Virus record (IMG/VR): IMGVR_UViG_3300010938_000951
Span: 202,900-266,899 of that record
Length of the DNA: 64,000 bases
Direction: 5' to 3' (one strand)
Part shown: in pieces, positions 18,994 to 27,537 of the stretch
Layout: every line of letters starts with the position of its first letter
Position numbering within the stretch: the first letter of the stretch is position 1
Position numbers and translations under genes: made by a program
Notes under the pieces: generated by a model
Told to the model about the DNA's origin: nothing
Database searches by the model: none
Seen by the model: only the letters and a program-made list of their open reading frames with translations

Positions 18994-19713
18994 ATGAGTA
19001 CATTCGGTGAAGTATCTTGGAATGATGATGTGTTCCCAGGCGATAACAAGAAGCAAACAAACAGCAAAGACCTCTTTCTTCGTTTAGATGAGGGTCCGAA
19101 CGAAATCCGTATTCTGACCCAGCCACACCAGTACTTGGTACACAAGTACAAGAAAGAAGGTGACAACGGTTTCGGACAGAAAGTTCAGTGCTCCGCAATC
19201 CACGGAAGCTGCCCTCTCTGTGCGGATGGCGATAAGGCCAAGCCACGTTGGTTGTTAGGTGTCATTAGTCGTAAGACTAACACCTACAAGATTTTGGATA
19301 TCTCTTTCGCTGTGTTTTCACAGATTAGAAAGTATAACAAGAATCCAAGATTTGGTGATCCAACCAAATATGACATCAACATTGAAGTTGATAAGAACGG
19401 TGGTGCCACTGGATATTACAGTGTTCAAGCCTTACCAAAGGAACCACTATCAGCCGCTGACCAAGTAATTAAGGACAGCATTGATTTTGATGACCTGAAG
19501 CGCAGAGTCACTCCTCCTACCCCTGAAAAAGTTCAGGCTAGATTGGACAAGATCAATGGTGTAACGACCAACGGTGCACCAGCTCCTTCCGCATCGGCCC
19601 CAGCCGCTGCTAAGAAAAGCACCAAGGCTGCCGCTCCAGCCGTCAGCATGACTGATGATGAGGAACTAGATAAGTCCTTTCCTAACTATGAAGGTGACGA
19701 AGCTCAGTCCTAA
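18994..19713 (+). CDS. T4 gp32-like single-stranded DNA-binding protein
   Basis: FLRLDEGPNEIRIL, CSAIHGSCPLC Zn site, YKILD, GDPTKYDI, Ala-rich linker and acidic C-terminal tail; GGAG RBS. Confidence 0.8.
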   Translation: MSTFGEVSWNDDVFPGDNKKQTNSKDLFLRLDEGPNEIRILTQPHQYLVHKYKKEGDNGFGQKVQCSAIHGSCPLCADGDKAKPRWLLGVISRKTNTYKILDISFAVFSQIRKYNKNPRFGDPTKYDINIEVDKNGGATGYYSVQALPKEPLSAADQVIKDSIDFDDLKRRVTPPTPEKVQARLDKINGVTTNGAPAPSASAPAAAKKSTKAAAPAVSMTDDEELDKSFPNYEGDEAQS

Positions 19714-19738
19714 ATCTATCACTCCCTAGATAGTCAAA

Positions 19739-19780
19739 AGGCCCATAACCTATTTGGTTATGGGCCTTTCTGTTTTATTT
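19739..19780 (+). terminator. intrinsic terminator after SSB
   Basis: 12-bp stem AGGCCCATAACC/GGTTATGGGCCT followed by a T-rich tract. Confidence 0.85.
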
Positions 19781-19795
19781 GATATATTACCAGGT

Positions 19796-20368
19796 ATGGT
19801 TAAAACGGTCTTAGGATTCGACGCATCGAGTACGACTATTGGTTATTCTATATTAAGTTGGGACGAAACAACAAATAATATAGCCTTTGTCAAAGCCGGC
19901 TACATTAAACCAAAGAAGACAGGATCTATTATTGAAAGAATAGTAGATACTAGAAATCAGGTTCAAAAAGTTATTGTTGATGCTAAACCTGATTATATTT
20001 CAATTGAAGAGATTATTCAATTTATGAAAGGCAAAAGCACAGCAAAAACTATTATTATGTTGACTACATTTAATAGGATGATTTGTTTAACGGCTTATGA
20101 TTATCTTGGTAAAGAACCTACTCTTTATAGTGTTATGACTATTCGTCATGGATTAAAGACCACCAAAGATTTACCAAAAAAAGAAGATATGCCGGCCCTT
20201 GTCGCCCAACATTTAGGAATTACGTTTCCCTACGAGTATAATAAGAAGGGCGGCATTAAAATCGAAAGCTATGACAAAGCTGACGGTGTTGCAGTGGCCC
20301 TTTATCACGCATTGGCCTTATCGGGCAAGGTGAAATCTAAAGGAAAGTCTAAAGGCAAGAAGAAATGA
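19796..20368 (+). CDS. RuvC-like Holliday junction resolvase
   Basis: VLGFDASSTTIGY, ISIEE and DKADGVAVA acidic catalytic motifs of the RNase H/RuvC fold. Confidence 0.8.
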   Translation: MVKTVLGFDASSTTIGYSILSWDETTNNIAFVKAGYIKPKKTGSIIERIVDTRNQVQKVIVDAKPDYISIEEIIQFMKGKSTAKTIIMLTTFNRMICLTAYDYLGKEPTLYSVMTIRHGLKTTKDLPKKEDMPALVAQHLGITFPYEYNKKGGIKIESYDKADGVAVALYHALALSGKVKSKGKSKGKKK

Positions 20369-21294
20369 ATTTAAAGGAAGCCTACGCAATTTTAGAATTG
20401 TCTCCCGGTGCCACGCCAGAGGAAGTCAAGAAGAAGTACCGAGAACTTACTAAAAAATATCACCCTGACATAAATAAAGAGCCGGGAGCAGAAGAGAAGT
20501 TCAAGAAAATTAATGAAGCTCATGAAGTTGTCAAGACTGGTAAAAGTACTGATTTACAGGATCGTATGCCAAGACAGGGAGGGTTTCATCGTCAACAGCA
20601 ATTCATTCAATTAGAAAATGTTGAAATGTTTACAACTATTTCTTTCAAGGAATCTGTTTTAGGTTGTAAGAAAGAGATTAAATATGATCGTCAAACCAAA
20701 TGCCAAAATTGTAATGGTCAAGGTGAAATAAGACTCCATAATGGCTGCAAAAAATGTGGTGGGCGAGGGCAGATTACTACTCGGCAAGGAAATATGATAG
20801 TTATGACCACTTGTGATGAGTGTTATGGTCGTTCTAATGTATCAACCTGTGATGTATGTAGTGGTAATGGTACCGTCCAGGCGCACGCATCTGTGCACGT
20901 GTCTATACCTGCGGGTATTGTAAATGGCAATACATTGCGATTGCAGGGTATGGGAAATTTTGCCGGCTCTTTTATGGGTCTAGCTGATCAATATACAGAT
21001 GCATTTTTGCATGTAGCAGTTACTCCAGAGCCTGGATTATCTTTAGATGGGCAAAATGTAATAAGTACGCTTACTATTTCGTTATTAGATGCATTGCGTG
21101 GCTGTAAACGTATGGTGAAAACCATTCATGGTGAAAAAGAAATTCAAATTAAACCGCAATCCAGAAATCATGATGAGGTAATTATTCCTCATCATGGGGT
21201 AAATAATATGGGTAATCAAAAGGTTATTTTGGATGTAGAATACCCTAAGAATACTGATAAATTGATTAGTGTTCTATTAGATGAGGTAGTATAA
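20365..21294 (+). CDS. dnaJ: DnaJ (class A Hsp40) co-chaperone
   Basis: J domain with HPD, four CxxCxGxG-type Zn repeats, C-terminal substrate-binding domain. Confidence 0.93.
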   Translation: MNLKEAYAILELSPGATPEEVKKKYRELTKKYHPDINKEPGAEEKFKKINEAHEVVKTGKSTDLQDRMPRQGGFHRQQQFIQLENVEMFTTISFKESVLGCKKEIKYDRQTKCQNCNGQGEIRLHNGCKKCGGRGQITTRQGNMIVMTTCDECYGRSNVSTCDVCSGNGTVQAHASVHVSIPAGIVNGNTLRLQGMGNFAGSFMGLADQYTDAFLHVAVTPEPGLSLDGQNVISTLTISLLDALRGCKRMVKTIHGEKEIQIKPQSRNHDEVIIPHHGVNNMGNQKVILDVEYPKNTDKLISVLLDEVV

Positions 21295-21656
21295 TGCCAC
21301 TTGCATTACATTGTACGAATACGCACATAGATAAATTTGGAAAAAAGAAAACTTGCGGTCAAGTTGAGCCATATATGGATCCAAAGACTGAACAGGTATT
21401 TTGTCCGTTATGCGATAATGAAATGCCGAATGTGACGCATTTTACAAAAGTTACCTTAAAAAATCTTAAACAATTTCGTACTAAACCACAAATTCCATTT
21501 GGCGTTAAGTGCCAAAATTGCGGGAAAGAAGCACAACCACAAATTGTAGGCGACGATATAGTGTGTCCTGGGTGTGCAAAACCTCATTCTCATTTAAGCG
21601 AGCCTTTCAAGCTTATGTTGAAAGATAAGCTACGAACCGTAAATAAAGACGTATAA
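21294..21656 (+). CDS. double Zn-ribbon protein
   Basis: C...C, CPLC, CQNC and CPGC pairs; TAATG-coupled on both sides. Confidence 0.75.
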   Translation: MPLALHCTNTHIDKFGKKKTCGQVEPYMDPKTEQVFCPLCDNEMPNVTHFTKVTLKNLKQFRTKPQIPFGVKCQNCGKEAQPQIVGDDIVCPGCAKPHSHLSEPFKLMLKDKLRTVNKDV

Positions 21657-22420
21657 TGCTGGAAAAGATAGTTGAATCTTGCCGATTTTTGCTAAATAGC
21701 TATCCGGACGCGCGGCCTAGCAAGTCCTATCTTGATTCGCGCCTTAGTGATAAAAGCCAAGAGCTTTTTCAGTTTGGCTATTTTCCTGGCGTACAAAATA
21801 TGTCGGTGTTAACAGATTTAGTAGGTGAAGAGGCCCTTGCCAAAGAAAAGCTTCTATTTTCTAAGGAAATAGAAGATTCGTTATTTCCACGTAAAGTGCA
21901 GTATTGTTATTTTGAGGATTATCCCTTGGTAATGCCTTTTAAAGATCCTTATGGTAAGGTTGTTGGCCTAGTAGGTAGGACACTTTTGCCCGATAAGGAA
22001 CAAAAGGAAAAGGGAATTTCTAAATACAAAAATACTAAATTTGAAAAGGGTAATTTTCTTTTTGGTCTTTATGAAAACAAACAGTCTATTTTAGACCGGG
22101 GATTTGTTTATATTGTAGAGGGTCAAATAGATGTAATTAAGGCTTCAGAAGTAGGATTAAGAAATATTGTAGCTTTAGGAAATTCTAATATGACTTCCTA
22201 TCAATTTTCAGTCATTAGCAGATACTCTAATAACATATTTTTGCTATTAGATAATGACGAAGCGGGTCAAAAAGGGAGGAAACGGATCGTTAATAAGTTT
22301 GGGCAATTTGCCAATATTCGTAATTTTTACTTACCTGACGACTACAAAGATATAGATGAATACATCACTAAACGAGGAATTAGTGATCAGGGAGAGCTAT
22401 CTTTTGGTGTCAAAGATTGA
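21656..22420 (+). CDS. dnaG: DnaG-type primase catalytic core (no Zn-binding domain)
   Basis: MPFKDPYGKVVGLVGR, KYKNT, TOPRIM IVEGQIDV and LDNDEAG, KDIDEY. Confidence 0.88.
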   Translation: MLEKIVESCRFLLNSYPDARPSKSYLDSRLSDKSQELFQFGYFPGVQNMSVLTDLVGEEALAKEKLLFSKEIEDSLFPRKVQYCYFEDYPLVMPFKDPYGKVVGLVGRTLLPDKEQKEKGISKYKNTKFEKGNFLFGLYENKQSILDRGFVYIVEGQIDVIKASEVGLRNIVALGNSNMTSYQFSVISRYSNNIFLLLDNDEAGQKGRKRIVNKFGQFANIRNFYLPDDYKDIDEYITKRGISDQGELSFGVKD

Positions 22421-22494
22421 AATTTCTTAGAAATTTTCATCTTTCCTCTATTGATATATTGTGATTGTATCTTTTCTTTATCTAGGGGTCAAAG

Positions 22495-22935
22495 ATGGAA
22501 CGTAGAAAAAATCGCAGTGACAAATACCAGTGGGTTTTGCTTGAAACAGTTTGTTCAAATGATATGATGGAGGCGTTTTGCAATGAGGATAGTATCTCAG
22601 CAAGACTTAATCCGTTTGAATACAATGAGGACTTAATTGAATTAGAAGAGCAGCTCAAAAAAGAGTTTTGGAGGGTGGTTGATACTTTATTGACTCCAAG
22701 ACAAAGAGAAGTAATTAGACTTTATGCTGATGGCTATACCCAGATGGAGATAGCTAAAATGCTGAATGTAAATCAAAGCAGCATTACAAAAAGCCTTAAC
22801 GGAAACGTAGATTATAAGAATGGAAAGAAAATCTATGGCGGGGCTAGAAAGAAAATCCGTAAGATAATTGAAAATGATGAGAAAATCAAGGATATTCTCA
22901 GCAAAATGGCAGAGTGTCGTGATGAAAAGTGGTAA
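22495..22935 (+). CDS. sigma-70 region 4-like HTH transcription factor
   Basis: LTPRQREVIRLYADGYTQMEIAKMLNVNQSSITKSL; no recognisable region 2. Confidence 0.75.
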   Translation: MERRKNRSDKYQWVLLETVCSNDMMEAFCNEDSISARLNPFEYNEDLIELEEQLKKEFWRVVDTLLTPRQREVIRLYADGYTQMEIAKMLNVNQSSITKSLNGNVDYKNGKKIYGGARKKIRKIIENDEKIKDILSKMAECRDEKW

Positions 22936-23038
22936 TATTCTGAAATCTACGTAGTAGGTATATTGCCAATAAAGTACAGAATTAGTATCAATATTACTCT
23001 ATTTAAGATAGGGTACGTTCTGTTCAACGGGAGACATA

Positions 23039-23503
23039 ATGCCAAAATTTAATATAGATTACTCAGGTTTGGCCAATCAGATTACAAAGAGGGCTTATCG
23101 TCTTTCTGATGTAAAAGATCAGTTAGAAACTGTGGCTTTTGATGTGGTTAGATTTAAGGATGGCGACAAGGGTGCTGAACTTTGGCAAGTTCAAAGCGCA
23201 GATGATGGAGATTACATCGTTGCCTTATATGATGAAGAAGAGGTTGAAAAAACTGCTTCTGCTAATCCTTGGGGCGTTTACGTTTCTAAGAATGGACATG
23301 ATTTACAAGTTTCTTACAAGGGAGATCCTCTTGTAAGATTTGCTGCTTCCAAGCTTGGAATTCCAAGTTCAGAGCTACATAAGGCTGAACAGTACCTACC
23401 AGAAAAGCTTGCCACAAATAAGAAGCTCGTCAAAGCACTTTTGAGTGAGCTAAGTGAAACAGCTAGACTAGAGGTATCCAAGAGATACCCGGAACTGGTA
23501 TAA
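23039..23503 (+). CDS. hypothetical protein, first gene of the head module
   Basis: GGGAG RBS; contains VEKTAS motif. Confidence 0.75.
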   Translation: MPKFNIDYSGLANQITKRAYRLSDVKDQLETVAFDVVRFKDGDKGAELWQVQSADDGDYIVALYDEEEVEKTASANPWGVYVSKNGHDLQVSYKGDPLVRFAASKLGIPSSELHKAEQYLPEKLATNKKLVKALLSELSETARLEVSKRYPELV

Positions 23504-23518
23504 TAGAATAGGTGTTCA

Positions 23519-25117
23519 ATGAGCCTTGATAAAATACATCAACTAGTAGGTACCTTAGCTAAAGCAGTAGATGACAATCAGAAGATTGCCACTCCAATTT
23601 TAGCTGCCAAATTAGCAAGATATGTTGAAGCCTATCCTCAAGATAAAACCATCGGCGCAATGTCTCGTGTTATCGACAAGATGGCTAGCAACAATACAAA
23701 CTTTATTCGTAAAGCAGAACTAAAGTCCCTTTACGCAAAACTGTATCAGCATGGCACAAAATTTGCTGAGTTATTTACAGATGAGCTAGGCGAAACAGCC
23801 GAGCCAGAAATTACTACTTATCAACGTGATGAGGCTGTCAAAGCTGTTGATTACCGTGCAGGCGATCAGGTTTTGGCTAATGCATTGGAAAGCGTATTTG
23901 ATAAACATGCTCCGCTTAAGATGTATTCACAGCCGGTAGCTGAAAAAGCTATGAGATCCGTAGGTACTACCTTGGACGCTTGGAACTTGAAACCATCTCA
24001 TTTAACTGTTAGTGATGGTAATGACAAATTTATTGTTATTAAAGCTGATTATGAAACTCCAAAAGGAGTTACATCTTTCTACGTCCCAGTAGAAGTAAAT
24101 AAAAATGATGTGGTTGAACCTCAGGTTTTTATGGGCAATACTGGTCCAGAAGATTTGAATCATACAACTATTAAGGCTTATCTAAGACAACAAGCAGGCA
24201 CCAAAACTAAGATTGGAGCTACTGATATTCTAACTGCATTGACACATGCAACTAGCAGTAAGCGTGAAATTTCTGCGGCTGAATTAGCTGTTACCAGAAT
24301 GAATGCAGAGCGTGCTGGTCAATCAGAATTTTTCCAAGGACAAGTTGTTGGGTTGAAAGTAGAAGCCGCTCCAAAGAGCGATGTTTCTCTTCCTAAGTCT
24401 GATGAATTTGTGTCTTTTGAAGATAAGTTTACTACTCCACAAGGGCTTGCTTCTTGGAGATTTGGTGCTGAAAAAGTAGGTACTGCTAAGGCGCATATCT
24501 CTCGTGAACTACAATCCATGGGATTTGCAAATCACCAAGTAGTTATCACTGGCAATGATGAAAATACCATTTTCTGTGGCGTTTCTCTAGATACTGGTAA
24601 AGTTGCTTTTACTGTTCCAGTAAAAGTTGCTAATAACAAGCTACAAAAACCAACTATTATGTTATGTAATGGTTCTATTGCTACATTTGATAGAAAAGGT
24701 ATTAATAGCTTAGTTTCTGAAAATAAAACAGATGTTAAAGTTGCTGCTGTAGCTTCTAATATGGCATCTCTCAAGCCAAGCGAAGTTGTTAATAATTTAC
24801 GTCAGGCTTTGGCAGAAGAAAATTATGCAAAGGCAGAAGATGCTCTCAATGTATTAGCTAATGCTGGTGATGAGAAGGCATATGCACTTGCGTTCCAGTT
24901 ATATATGACAGGGTTAGCTGGTGTCAAAACTGCTGAAACTAAGTGCTCTAAGATGATTAAGAGCGCTAATAGTGAATATCCGATCTGTTCGCATACGGGG
25001 CTACCTGTCAACAAGGTATACCAAGATAAGAATGGATATTGTCGCCCATTATATCGTAAAGGTATGGACGAGACTTACGAGGGAGCTTCCTTTATTAACG
25101 CCAAGATTTTCGGGTGA
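23519..25117 (+). CDS. hypothetical putative virion protein
   Basis: 532-aa ORF with C-terminal Cys/His cluster and KxA motifs. Confidence 0.75.
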   Translation: MSLDKIHQLVGTLAKAVDDNQKIATPILAAKLARYVEAYPQDKTIGAMSRVIDKMASNNTNFIRKAELKSLYAKLYQHGTKFAELFTDELGETAEPEITTYQRDEAVKAVDYRAGDQVLANALESVFDKHAPLKMYSQPVAEKAMRSVGTTLDAWNLKPSHLTVSDGNDKFIVIKADYETPKGVTSFYVPVEVNKNDVVEPQVFMGNTGPEDLNHTTIKAYLRQQAGTKTKIGATDILTALTHATSSKREISAAELAVTRMNAERAGQSEFFQGQVVGLKVEAAPKSDVSLPKSDEFVSFEDKFTTPQGLASWRFGAEKVGTAKAHISRELQSMGFANHQVVITGNDENTIFCGVSLDTGKVAFTVPVKVANNKLQKPTIMLCNGSIATFDRKGINSLVSENKTDVKVAAVASNMASLKPSEVVNNLRQALAEENYAKAEDALNVLANAGDEKAYALAFQLYMTGLAGVKTAETKCSKMIKSANSEYPICSHTGLPVNKVYQDKNGYCRPLYRKGMDETYEGASFINAKIFG

Positions 25118-25120
25118 CCC

Positions 25121-25948
25121 ATGAGTGTAATTAGGTTGGCAGACCTCTTAGCGCATAAATATGAGCTGGCGTCTGAGGGAGCCGCCTCATTGCAGAGCGT
25201 CATGCGTGATGTTGAGACTAAGATAAAAGACGCTTACAGAAATTATATTGACCTTAAGACTATTACGTCTAAAGCGTACAATGCTATTCCTATTATGGCT
25301 CATCAGGGCGAGCCACATAGTCAAAAAATAGTAGGTCATATGCAGATTATTACTGCAAATATTAATGACCTTATCAAGCATCCCGCACGTTTATTTAAAG
25401 CTATTAATAAAGTTTTAGCTCTAATTTCTTCTTTAGACGAAGCCATTAAGAATACTAAAAAGAAGTCACCAGAGCATTTACCAACTCAACAAGTTCTTAA
25501 CGCTACATTAAGTGATTTAAGTAGACTAGAAAATTCATTAAAAAGGTTCTCTTCATTAATGGTAGGCGCTGCTAAATTACTTAAGCCATTTGTTCCGCCT
25601 GACGAAGAAGGTAAAGGCGCAGAACTTGAAGGTGATGTAGTTGTACCAGAAGCTTTACCATTAACTAAGAATGAAAGAAGACAATTCTTTTTAATGTATC
25701 CAAATGAAGCTGCAGCTTATGGATTTACTGGACCATCTTTGATCGACAATCTAGATATTGTTCTTCAGATTTTGGAAGAGCCCGGAATGTCTAAAGAATT
25801 TGATAAATTTGTTAGAGCAATCAAGCAACAAGAGATACCTAGAAATGGTGCTTTAATTAAGGGATTAGCTGATAAAATTAGACAATTAATAGAGCGCAGA
25901 CAGACTAATGTTTCTGCATTAGAGAACAAACCAACTTTTGAGGAATAA
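25121..25948 (+). CDS. hypothetical helical protein
   Basis: ORF in operon. Confidence 0.7.
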   Translation: MSVIRLADLLAHKYELASEGAASLQSVMRDVETKIKDAYRNYIDLKTITSKAYNAIPIMAHQGEPHSQKIVGHMQIITANINDLIKHPARLFKAINKVLALISSLDEAIKNTKKKSPEHLPTQQVLNATLSDLSRLENSLKRFSSLMVGAAKLLKPFVPPDEEGKGAELEGDVVVPEALPLTKNERRQFFLMYPNEAAAYGFTGPSLIDNLDIVLQILEEPGMSKEFDKFVRAIKQQEIPRNGALIKGLADKIRQLIERRQTNVSALENKPTFEE

Positions 25949-25959
25949 GAGGCTACACT

Positions 25960-26673
25960 ATGAGAATTTCTGAACTATTGAATGCAATGGCTTCTTGGCT
26001 AGAAAGCCCAAACAACGAAGCTCTGTTGCTTGCTGAAGCTGATGAAAAGTGCATGCAAGTAGTAGCAGAATCTTGTGTTCTAGCTGCTGCTCTGTTAAAG
26101 AAGGCGGCTGATGAAGTGGATGTTCTTGAGCCACCAAGCGCTTCTGCAATTACTCCAGAGTCAGTAGAAGAGACTGCTGCTTTAGCGCAAGCTTTAGATG
26201 AGTCCGGTGATCCACAACTTAAGAGAGTTGCGTCTGTATTAGATGAGCTTCTTTTAACTATTGCTGCCCCACCAAATGCTTACGCTGAGCGTAAAGATTT
26301 AGTCGATTCAAGAGCAGAAGAAATTAGAAAAAAGTATGAAGGGCCTCGCAAAGATTTGCACAAATATAACCAAATTGAGAAATCAGAAAAGGCCATTGAG
26401 AACAGTGGTTTTACCAAAGAATATAAAATTCTAGAAGCCCCTCTCAGTTCACGTTACTGCCCAGACCATCCAGGTGCGCAAATTGCACGTGTAGGCGAGC
26501 ACGTATGGCAATGTGAGCTTGATAAAAAAACTTACAATTTTGAAACTGGTTTTGAATTAGCTAATGGCTCAAAGGTTCCTGGTGGAGATGTATCACAACA
26601 AACTAATGGCTTAGATACTCCATTCCATGCAATCTTTGATACACGTGAGGGAAGACTGGGCTATAACAAGTGA
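25960..26673 (+). CDS. hypothetical protein with C-terminal Zn-ribbon-like motif
   Basis: CPDH...WQC; carries the shared ALDESG..ASVLD helix motif. Confidence 0.72.
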   Translation: MRISELLNAMASWLESPNNEALLLAEADEKCMQVVAESCVLAAALLKKAADEVDVLEPPSASAITPESVEETAALAQALDESGDPQLKRVASVLDELLLTIAAPPNAYAERKDLVDSRAEEIRKKYEGPRKDLHKYNQIEKSEKAIENSGFTKEYKILEAPLSSRYCPDHPGAQIARVGEHVWQCELDKKTYNFETGFELANGSKVPGGDVSQQTNGLDTPFHAIFDTREGRLGYNK

Positions 26674-26822
26674 TTGACCAAGAAATTGAAAACTTCACAA
26701 AGGTCATAAGAGAGGTTTTGTTACAGTTAGATCCGGAGGCGGCTCGGCTTTTCTTAGACCGTTTCACGGAGAAATTGAATGAACAAAAACGCACTCAAAA
26801 AAATTCTGGAACATCCAGATAA
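26670..26822 (+). CDS. 50-aa mini-protein paralogous to the C-terminus of 26779..27537 (not in ORF track)
   Basis: GTG overlaps upstream TGA (GTGA); translation VIDQEIENFTKVIREVLLQLDPEAARLFLDRFTEKLNEQKRTQKNSGTSR. Confidence 0.7.
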   Translation: MIDQEIENFTKVIREVLLQLDPEAARLFLDRFTEKLNEQKRTQKNSGTSR

Positions 26823-27537
26823 AGATGAGATTATTGCTAAATTAGTTTTGGATTATCCTCCAAAAGATATTCATGAATGGCTTGCTGGCAAATATACAAA
26901 TGTCAGTGAAGCTAAATTTGTTGTTGCTGAAAAATCAATTAAAGTATTCAAAGATAACTATCTAGACGTCTATTCCATGATCCGAGAAGACATGATGAAG
27001 ACGAAACAAGCTGTGGCTACCAGCACAGAAGAACAGCTTGAATTAGCTGTTAAAAACAACTCTACTTATAAGAGTAAGATGTTAGAATTAGCTGGTAAAG
27101 AAATAGATGTACGTCAAATGGTTGCCCATTTGTGCATTGCTATCGAAACGCGCTTAGGTCAAGTATTTGATGAAATTCAAGAGGACCCACGCAATATCAA
27201 TACAAAGATTGATCGTGTTTTGATTGAGTATGGTGAGTTATTAGGGGGCCTTTTGGAAAAATACTATAAATTCACAGAGAACCCGGCAGATATGGTTATC
27301 CAGCACAACGTGACTTTGCAGGCTGTGGATCAGCATATTTCGGTATTTCATGATGTAATCCGAGATGTTTTGTCTCAATTAGATTTGGAAAGCTCTATGT
27401 TATTTATGGAACTTTTTCAAGCTAAAATGGCTAAGCTAAAGGCTCCAACTCAGGAAAAACCTCTAAATACGGACATGAAATTAGCCGAAGCCAAGCTACT
27501 TAATGAAACAATTAACCAAAAGTTAAACAATCAATAA
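26779..27537 (+). CDS. helical protein with N-terminal HTH-like segment (possible terminase small subunit, unproven)
   Basis: GGAG RBS; N-terminal KILEHPDKDEIIAKL...DIHEWL, then coiled helices. Confidence 0.55.
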   Translation: MNKNALKKILEHPDKDEIIAKLVLDYPPKDIHEWLAGKYTNVSEAKFVVAEKSIKVFKDNYLDVYSMIREDMMKTKQAVATSTEEQLELAVKNNSTYKSKMLELAGKEIDVRQMVAHLCIAIETRLGQVFDEIQEDPRNINTKIDRVLIEYGELLGGLLEKYYKFTENPADMVIQHNVTLQAVDQHISVFHDVIRDVLSQLDLESSMLFMELFQAKMAKLKAPTQEKPLNTDMKLAEAKLLNETINQKLNNQ

